Of a DNA stretch of 64,000 nucleotides, positions 57,516 to 64,000 are shown piece by piece; the stretch's first letter is position 1, and every line of letters begins with the position of its first letter. This DNA comes from a virus (lineage: Duplodnaviria; Caudoviricetes), in IMG/VR virus record IMGVR_UViG_3300001598_000002, positions 51,864 through 115,863 of that record; one strand, 5' to 3'. A program made the translations under genes and the position numbers. Under the pieces are notes generated by a model. It did not search any database. It had not been told where the DNA came from and saw nothing but the letters and a program-made list of their open reading frames with translations.

Positions 57516-58567
57516 TTAACTCGTACACGTCCTTTCAATAATTGTTCAAAAATAATTTGTCCATTATCACTGGGACTATCTTTCATTTTTGATAATCCTT
57601 GTCTATCATATATAAAACTCATGTTTGCATAATTTATATATTTTTTACACATACTATAGAGTTTATTAAAATATTTATCTTCGCCATTCTTCTCTTCATT
57701 ATCATAGCACACAATAATTTCATGAGGATGGCAATACCTAACCAATAAATCTATTTGAAACTTATTCAGGTTACTACCACAACTAGCAACCGCGCAATTT
57801 GGTAGATTAAAGGATTCAAACTGTAAGACACTCTTTTCACTTTCAAAAATATAACAAATACCAGTTTTAATAATATTTTCTTTCGTCCAGTTTAAACCAT
57901 AAAGATTAAGACTTAGTGGATGACTATACCATTTATTTTCAATTTGAACCGGCATATATTTACCAAATTGTTCAACTTCTTGAATATTCAACGCGCGGCC
58001 TCTAATCCCAATTAATTCACCATTAATATTATAATGTGGAATAATAATTTTATTTTGAGAAATAGAATATCTAATATTAAATTTATCCATAACTTGTTCA
58101 GTAATATGATCATTTAACCATTCATAAGGATACTCTTTTACAAAAGTTTCTATTAATCCATTTGGATAAATAGGCAATTCTTTTCTCAATTTTTGTGGTA
58201 GATAATCATCGCGCTTACTTTTATAAATACTTGGGTTTGATGCCTCGCGCGCGGTAGAAGCAGAACAATTAAGAATGACTTGAAGAATATCATTATACCA
58301 ATCATAAGTAATTTGTCTTGCATCATAATAATTCTTCAAAAATTTAAAAATACTCATACTTCCTTCATCCGTATAACAATAAAAAATATGAGTGTCTCTA
58401 TAATAATAGAGTTTCATTGAAGCATCAGAACTATCTTCATTATGGCAAATAGTGGGGAAAATTATAGCTTTATCAGTCTCTTTATATCGGTCTACGCCAA
58501 GACTTTGCATTAAAGCAATAATTTTATCATCTTCTAATTCTTCAATAATAGCTTGATAATCTATCAT
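57512..58567 (-). CDS. dnaG: DNA primase (TOPRIM)
   Basis: ICH...CYT Zn region, IIIPH...GIRGR, FESEKS and CYDNE. Confidence 0.85.
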   Translation of the reverse strand: MIDYQAIIEELEDDKIIALMQSLGVDRYKETDKAIIFPTICHNEDSSDASMKLYYYRDTHIFYCYTDEGSMSIFKFLKNYYDARQITYDWYNDILQVILNCSASTAREASNPSIYKSKRDDYLPQKLRKELPIYPNGLIETFVKEYPYEWLNDHITEQVMDKFNIRYSISQNKIIIPHYNINGELIGIRGRALNIQEVEQFGKYMPVQIENKWYSHPLSLNLYGLNWTKENIIKTGICYIFESEKSVLQFESFNLPNCAVASCGSNLNKFQIDLLVRYCHPHEIIVCYDNEEKNGEDKYFNKLYSMCKKYINYANMSFIYDRQGLSKMKDSPSDNGQIIFEQLLKGRVRVK

Positions 58568-60120
58568 TTAAGTTCATTCACCACTTTCAATTGCGCAGTT
58601 AATTCTGTTACTATATCTTCTTCCCAACTTGTCTGATAATTAAAACTGCCACCAACATCATTTAGTACTTCCATACGCGCATTTGTAACGAACAAATCTC
58701 TTTTTCTTAAATTCCCAAGATTTACGTCACTCCAAATACGGACTTGGTTCCATTCGCCACTTCTGACCTTATATATATCTGTTACAATATTGGGTTGAAA
58801 CGAAATACCATCTTCATTTTGTAAAAACTCAAGTTCTTCTTTAGTTGGGCGCGCCATAATTGCGCCAATATCCGCCTTATTAATAATAGAACGTGATCCA
58901 GCAATAGAACCTTCATTACGGATATTTTGATTATTATCAGCATTCGCATTGACCTGAGTAGATGACATCATAAAAATATTCAATTCTACTGCTAAATCTT
59001 TTAAAGCGGTGGAAAACATCAACAAAATTTCATCATTGCGCAAGTTAAATCCTTTAAATTCATTTAATAATGATGGCGAGATAAAAATATAATCATAAAA
59101 AACATATTCAATATCATGCATCATTACATTTTCTCTAACAATAGTTTTAACTAATTCAATTGTTGGATTAGGCATTCTTACAATATAAAAATTGTTTTGA
59201 TACTGCTCCATAACCCATAAGGCTTGCTTAATAATTAACTGTTCTTGCTCTGTAAAACCGCCATATCGAAATTTAGTTTCATTAAATCCGGTTAGATACG
59301 CCAATATCATTTTTTGAATTTCTTTTGCATTTTGTTCAGTTGCAATAAATAGAACCTTTTTATTACTACCTTCTTGTACCCATTTATGATTATTTATATC
59401 ATATCTAAACGGAAACGCAAGATAACATGCATCACCTACCGCTTGACGAGTTTTTGATACACCAGAGCTACCAGATCTTAGTACAAAAATACCTTTTCGG
59501 GCGCCCGCGCAAACCTCATTAAAAATTTCACCTTGAATCGGCGCACCTACATCTGCTTGGGCTTCTGCATCTTCAAGAATATTTTTAATTCCTTCAAAAA
59601 CATTAACTGTTTCAGTAGTATCATTTTGAATAAACTCGCGCTCTACACCAAGTAATTTCCGTTTAATACCATCAACAATATCATTAATTTCTAATTTTTC
59701 AAATTTTTCATTAATGGCTTGTGCGGCAGGTGTAATTGCATCTTCTACATAAAATTCAGTAATATCAAAGCCTTTATCTTTGAAAGATTCAAGCAAATTA
59801 AATTTTTTTAATTTTTTATAATAATATGGAAAATTTGTTTCTTCTGATAAATATTCTGCATCTTGTAGATATTCAATACCTTTTTGCTGTTTAAAAATTG
59901 ATTTAGCACTTTCATTAGTATTTAAATAATTTTCTACATCAATCGGTTGAATACGTTCTGCTCCATTTCGATATAGGCTATCAATCGCTGCAAAAATATA
60001 TTTATCTAATCTATAATAGAAATCGTCTGGAGTTAGGTTATATTTATCAGATTCACTAAGATATTGAGGATGCTGCATAAGGCAACCAAAAATTTGTAGA
60101 ATTGTTGGCTTATCAACCAT
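58564..60120 (-). CDS. dnaB: Replicative DnaB-like helicase
   Basis: SSGVSKT Walker A, FYDYI Walker B, SSTQVN and KADIG. Confidence 0.88.
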   Translation of the reverse strand: MVDKPTILQIFGCLMQHPQYLSESDKYNLTPDDFYYRLDKYIFAAIDSLYRNGAERIQPIDVENYLNTNESAKSIFKQQKGIEYLQDAEYLSEETNFPYYYKKLKKFNLLESFKDKGFDITEFYVEDAITPAAQAINEKFEKLEINDIVDGIKRKLLGVEREFIQNDTTETVNVFEGIKNILEDAEAQADVGAPIQGEIFNEVCAGARKGIFVLRSGSSGVSKTRQAVGDACYLAFPFRYDINNHKWVQEGSNKKVLFIATEQNAKEIQKMILAYLTGFNETKFRYGGFTEQEQLIIKQALWVMEQYQNNFYIVRMPNPTIELVKTIVRENVMMHDIEYVFYDYIFISPSLLNEFKGFNLRNDEILLMFSTALKDLAVELNIFMMSSTQVNANADNNQNIRNEGSIAGSRSIINKADIGAIMARPTKEELEFLQNEDGISFQPNIVTDIYKVRSGEWNQVRIWSDVNLGNLRKRDLFVTNARMEVLNDVGGSFNYQTSWEEDIVTELTAQLKVVNELK

Positions 60121-60665
60121 TATATGTCCTCCAAACTCCATTTAGTTTTATCTTTTTTGATAGAATCTTTCCGTTGAATCTGTTGTACTGGACGTGATTG
60201 TCTTTGTTTAATTTGTTGAATAATAGCTTCTAATGTACCAGTTTTTCGTGTTTCTAAATCAATCCAATAACGAGCAGAATCATTATATATATTGGGAACT
60301 ATTCCAATACCACCCTGTGATTTATCAATATCGCCATGTAATATATCATAATAATATCGGATAGCAAAATAAATTCCTTTTGGAGTCATTTTTCTATCTG
60401 GCTTTGTAAAATTTTCCCACTGACCTTGTAATTTTGTAAAGTTAATAGACATTTTAATATCTCGATATAAATAGTCAACTAAACTTTCATACCAAAAATC
60501 ATCTTCATACCCACTGGCTTTTAGATTATTTCTATTTGCTTTCCAATCTTCATAACAAGTTCTATGATAATAACATCTTGGATTAGGCATGATCCATTCT
60601 TTTACAGATAATTTTTCTGTATCAAATTGTTGTTTACAAATTCTACATTTTACAATATGTGCCAT
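60120..60665 (-). CDS. Zn-finger replication protein (possible helicase loader)
   Basis: CRIC...H..C motif. TAATG coupling to the helicase gene. Confidence 0.55.
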   Translation of the reverse strand: MAHIVKCRICKQQFDTEKLSVKEWIMPNPRCYYHRTCYEDWKANRNNLKASGYEDDFWYESLVDYLYRDIKMSINFTKLQGQWENFTKPDRKMTPKGIYFAIRYYYDILHGDIDKSQGGIGIVPNIYNDSARYWIDLETRKTGTLEAIIQQIKQRQSRPVQQIQRKDSIKKDKTKWSLEDI

Positions 60666-60697
60666 ACCAATCTCCTTTCTTATAACTTTCTATATAT

Positions 60698-60726
60698 ATT
60701 ATAATCGTTTTTTTGAAAAAAGTCAA
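60698..60726 (-). promoter_or_regulatory. SigmaA-type promoter TTGACT-N17-TATAAT
   Basis: Seen on the - strand upstream of 60665. Confidence 0.75.
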
Positions 60727-60773
60727 ATTAAAAGAGCATAGATATAATCTATACTCTCATTAATTATTTATTC

Positions 60774-61745
60774 TTAAAGCATGTCGCGCATATCAAGAAC
60801 TACCAAATGCATTAAATCACATTGATCTTCTGTAAATTCTGAAAGCTTCATACGATGTCCCATAGTCATCTCAATCTTCTTTAAAATCACAGAAGCATTA
60901 TCTGGATTATTTTGAGTTAATTTTTGCCATAGATCTTGGGCTTCGGTGCGAACCGTTGCAAAATCTAAATGCTCACCGATAGCAGTAAGTCCAGCATTAT
61001 CTACTACCTTTACGCCATCTTGTTTTTCAGCCATATCAATAGCCTCAGCAATTGCATCAACTAATTCTTGATAACCAAATTTAATTTTTGGCGCAAGATA
61101 TTTAAATCGAGAGCCAGCAAAAAGAGTAGGAGTTTCTCTTGTATAAAGATAGCGAGTAAAATTCTTATCTGTATCATATTCGCCACCAATATAGCCAATA
61201 ATATCTACAAGACCATTACAAATTTCACTAGCACGTTTAGGCATTTCTGGCGAAATAATTTCTACTTCACTACCATCCGCTGTTTTTTCAACACGAGCGG
61301 CGCTATGTGCAATTAAAACAATACCATAACCAAGCATAGTAATTTTTCTAAGTACGCCTTCAAATTCTTTCTTGCAAGCAGAATATCCTCCGCCCCAAGG
61401 AATGTCATTAATTTTTTGTACTCCATTTTGTGCACAAATATATTGTTCACAATAATCCCATGCAATAGAAATTGTATCAATAATAATTGTTTCATACATT
61501 TTCTGCGCTTCTGGTTTTTCTAATTGGCGTAATACCATTTTCCAATCAGCCCATTTGGTAATGTCAACGGCGCGAACACCACCAATAGCATTATACCCTC
61601 GTTCAAATGCTACTAAGAGTGAATTTGGAAAAGCACAAGCGGCAGTTGTTTTGCCGCTTTTTGGCTTTCCATAAAGAAGAACATACTTTCCTCTTAGATC
61701 ACGAGAAATAACACTTGGCTGGATACTTAAAATATCAATTGCCAT
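60774..61745 (-). CDS. AAA_24 / Sak4-like ATPase (recombination)
   Basis: YGKPKSGKTT, IIIDT and LIAH motifs, next to an SSB-like gene. Confidence 0.8.
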   Translation of the reverse strand: MAIDILSIQPSVISRDLRGKYVLLYGKPKSGKTTAACAFPNSLLVAFERGYNAIGGVRAVDITKWADWKMVLRQLEKPEAQKMYETIIIDTISIAWDYCEQYICAQNGVQKINDIPWGGGYSACKKEFEGVLRKITMLGYGIVLIAHSAARVEKTADGSEVEIISPEMPKRASEICNGLVDIIGYIGGEYDTDKNFTRYLYTRETPTLFAGSRFKYLAPKIKFGYQELVDAIAEAIDMAEKQDGVKVVDNAGLTAIGEHLDFATVRTEAQDLWQKLTQNNPDNASVILKKIEMTMGHRMKLSEFTEDQCDLMHLVVLDMRDML

Positions 61746-61764
61746 AGTGGTTCCTCCTTAATAA

Positions 61765-62697
61765 TTAAAATCCAAGATCGAGTTTTCCCTTACTGGTATT
61801 CTGGGCAGGAGTCTGCTTCTGCATAGACTTCTTACCACTCTTAAGATCGTTTAAACGATCATTACGTGCAGCCATACCTGCCTTTACATCACTGAGGTCA
61901 AAGGCAAAATCTCCATCAAGCGCAGCCTGAGAACCACCAGTAATAATAAACTCACTTACATTAATAGTACGAACCTTTGTCTGAGCCTCGCCAAAATCAA
62001 CCTCTTCAACAACCTCTTCTGTACGAGAAGTAAAGTTAAGACGTCCATTTGCCTTATAACATCCGCCTGCTTCCCAATAATTTTCAACTGCATTAATAAC
62101 ATTATTAGATACAGCATAAAGAGGAACAAGGTCTACATTCATAGTAGTAGCATTAGGCGCGGTATACTGAGGTACAATAACCTGTACATTAAGACGAGGA
62201 GGATCAACTTCTACACCTTCAGCATCCGTTACACGCGCGACGCTTGATACCATAAATTCAAGACTAAAACTTGCTTCAGGCTTAAATTCGCCAACTGCGC
62301 GAGAAACAAATGATGCATGAACTCGTGGCTGAGATACAATCTGTCCATTCTGTCCTACAAATTCATTCATGCGAATATCGGCATTAGTAATACGTACACG
62401 ATCTGCTTGTGCAGAGCTACCTGCTGCAGCAATAGATACGAATTCCTTCATAACCTTTTCAATAGATTCATAAGAAGGATTTACCTTGCCTGCCTTAGTA
62501 TATTTGCTTGAGAACATATAAACGGGGATTTCAAGCGTCTTCGCTTCACCATTAATCTCCTGTTCTACAAGAACTTTAATATTACCACCGATAGATTCGA
62601 TAGTTTCACCATTCTTTACGAAAGAGCCATATTTAAGATCTGTTTCTGCGAGAATTCCTTCAATCTTTACTCTATTTTCTGCCTGTCTAAAAGCCAT
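61765..62697 (-). CDS. Putative single-stranded DNA-binding protein
   Basis: OB-fold-like beta pattern, C-terminal LDLGF, highly expressed codon usage and position beside the Sak4-like gene. Confidence 0.6.
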   Translation of the reverse strand: MAFRQAENRVKIEGILAETDLKYGSFVKNGETIESIGGNIKVLVEQEINGEAKTLEIPVYMFSSKYTKAGKVNPSYESIEKVMKEFVSIAAAGSSAQADRVRITNADIRMNEFVGQNGQIVSQPRVHASFVSRAVGEFKPEASFSLEFMVSSVARVTDAEGVEVDPPRLNVQVIVPQYTAPNATTMNVDLVPLYAVSNNVINAVENYWEAGGCYKANGRLNFTSRTEEVVEEVDFGEAQTKVRTINVSEFIITGGSQAALDGDFAFDLSDVKAGMAARNDRLNDLKSGKKSMQKQTPAQNTSKGKLDLGF

Positions 62698-62767
62698 AAT
62701 AATTTCTCCTTAAAGTTTTGTTAAATTTGTTTTAATTAATGATTTTGTTACATTTAAGAGAAGGAAA

Positions 62768-62791
62768 GGGGATTCGGAGAACCGAATCCCC
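62768..62791 (-). terminator. Intrinsic terminator
   Basis: GGGGATTCGG-agaa-CCGAATCCCC, with TTTCCTT following on the - strand. Confidence 0.8.
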
Positions 62792-62807
62792 ATTTGAACT
62801 ATATAAA

Positions 62808-63062
62808 TTAGTCCTCGTCCTCAGAAGGAACAAAATTAAGACCAGCATCGGTAAGAGTAACAATAGTAATCTTCTTACCGTCTTCAGTCTTACCACCATC
62901 TTCAGTGGTAGCCAGACCATTCTTTACAAGACTATTAACGCGTCCAGTAACAGAAGCGATCTTTTCGAGGCCAAGGCCCTCCATAATTTCAGAAGTCTTG
63001 CAGCTACCGCCATGATTCTTAATGTAATCAAATGCTTCCTGAGTCTTTTCCTTAAGTACCAT
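62808..63062 (-). CDS. Winged-helix DNA-binding protein
   Basis: TSEIMEGLGLEKIASVTGRVNSLVKNGL...LTDAG is MarR-like. Confidence 0.7.
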   Translation of the reverse strand: MVLKEKTQEAFDYIKNHGGSCKTSEIMEGLGLEKIASVTGRVNSLVKNGLATTEDGGKTEDGKKITIVTLTDAGLNFVPSEDED

Positions 63063-63167
63063 AATAATCTCCTTTTATCCGCCTTTCATTTATTTTTAAT
63101 TTTATTTTTTATTATTCGTTGGGCGGCCAACTACTTTTTGAAAGTCTTTTCTTAACTTTCTATATAT

Positions 63168-63196
63168 AGTATATCAGAAAATTCTGATATTTTCAA
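63168..63196 (-). promoter_or_regulatory. SigmaA-type promoter TTGAAA-N17-TATACT
   Basis: Seen on the - strand. The spacer is itself palindromic (ATATCAGAA..TTCTGATAT). Confidence 0.7.
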
Positions 63197-63199
63197 ATT

Positions 63200-64000
63200 T
63201 TATAAGCTAGCCAAATTCATTACTTTTGAATTTTCAGCTAATTTAATTGCTCTAACTCCTTGTGCGCCCCTACCTAAAATAGGTACATCATTAAGTTTTA
63301 AACGAATTTGCGCAATAGATGATACCACTAAAATGTCATTATCATTATAGAGCGGCAAAAAATCACATAAGTTTTCAACTTTTTGAAGTTTTACACCTTT
63401 GGTCGCGCGCCCTGTAAGTTTAAATTCAGAGATAGAACTACGCTTTATATATCCATCCTCTGACACAGAAGCAATTTCTTTAGTTTCAGTTCCAATTACT
63501 TTTGCGCTTATGACTTCGTCGCCTTCGTTAAGTTTCATTCCAATTACGCCACGCGCAACTCTTCCAATGGCATTAATGTCATCTGTTTTAATCATAATGA
63601 ATTGACCTTGCATAGAAGCAATACCAATTTTATCATTATCAGTTAAAATAATTGATGCAATTTGATCGCCTTCATCGAGTTTAATGGCGGTCGCGCCAGT
63701 ATTGCGCTTTAGATTATATTCATCCAATTCAGATTTCTTTAAAATACCATTTTTCGTAACAAAAATTATATATTTTTTTCTACGAGATTTATCACAAATT
63801 GCCGCTGAAACAATACGTTCATAAGGAAGTAAATTTACAAAATTATAAAGATATTGTTTTTCATCAATAACAAAATCACTCATTTTGGTATGATAGAAGT
63901 TGCCATGTGAAGTAAAGAAAAGAATTTCATCGGTATTCTTTCCAATAATACTATCAATTATAAATTCTTCTTTATCAAGTTTAAACTTTGTGCCAACACC
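63200..64000 (-). CDS. gyrA: DNA gyrase/topoisomerase II subunit A, C-terminal pinwheel (5' part outside the window)
   Basis: Repeated GR..GV..IKL blades. The frame stays open to position 64000. Confidence 0.88.
   Translation of the reverse strand, partial: GVGTKFKLDKEEFIIDSIIGKNTDEILFFTSHGNFYHTKMSDFVIDEKQYLYNFVNLLPYERIVSAAICDKSRRKKYIIFVTKNGILKKSELDEYNLKRNTGATAIKLDEGDQIASIILTDNDKIGIASMQGQFIMIKTDDINAIGRVARGVIGMKLNEGDEVISAKVIGTETKEIASVSEDGYIKRSSISEFKLTGRATKGVKLQKVENLCDFLPLYNDNDILVVSSIAQIRLKLNDVPILGRGAQGVRAIKLAENSKVMNLASL

Noticed and set aside
62732-63155. ORFs 62732..62920 and 62739..63155
   Set aside because: Overlapping or antisense shadows of the winged-helix gene and its terminator.
1-64000. 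Stop-codon reassignment or tRNA genes
   Set aside because: ORFs tile densely in the standard code and no cloverleaf was recognised in the intergenic gaps.

Overview
This window is about 64 kb of a large, AT-rich (roughly one-third GC) tailed phage genome, most likely a siphovirus of an anaerobic Bacillota host. The + strand (1051-41459) carries a regulator-like gene, an HNH endonuclease, terminase, portal, protease/scaffold, capsid, neck, three tail-tube-like genes, a tape measure of about 2,600 aa, Dit, baseplate/fibre genes and a diversity-generating retroelement (DGR). The DGR has two tandem target genes, a carbohydrate-binding protein, avd, a template repeat (TR) and a reverse transcriptase (RT). 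The - strand (41482-64000) carries a resolvase, nucleotide-metabolism genes (dUTPase, deaminase, uracil permease, two NDT-like proteins, FTR-like protein, NrdG, NrdD, glutaredoxin), DnaE, a DNA methyltransferase, RecJ, primase, helicase, an AAA recombinase, an SSB-like gene and the 3' end of gyrA. Four observations stand out. (1) The DGR TR has lost most of its AAY codons and looks mutagenised itself, with VR2 holding A where TR has G/T. (2) GCGC and GC-only palindromes are strongly over-represented. (3) The phage encodes a nucleobase transporter inside a salvage cluster. (4) It encodes a self-contained redoxin/FTR-linked class III ribonucleotide reductase module. I recognised no tRNA, CRISPR array, integrase or lysis genes. 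All protein calls come from motif recognition by eye and gene order; no database searches were run.
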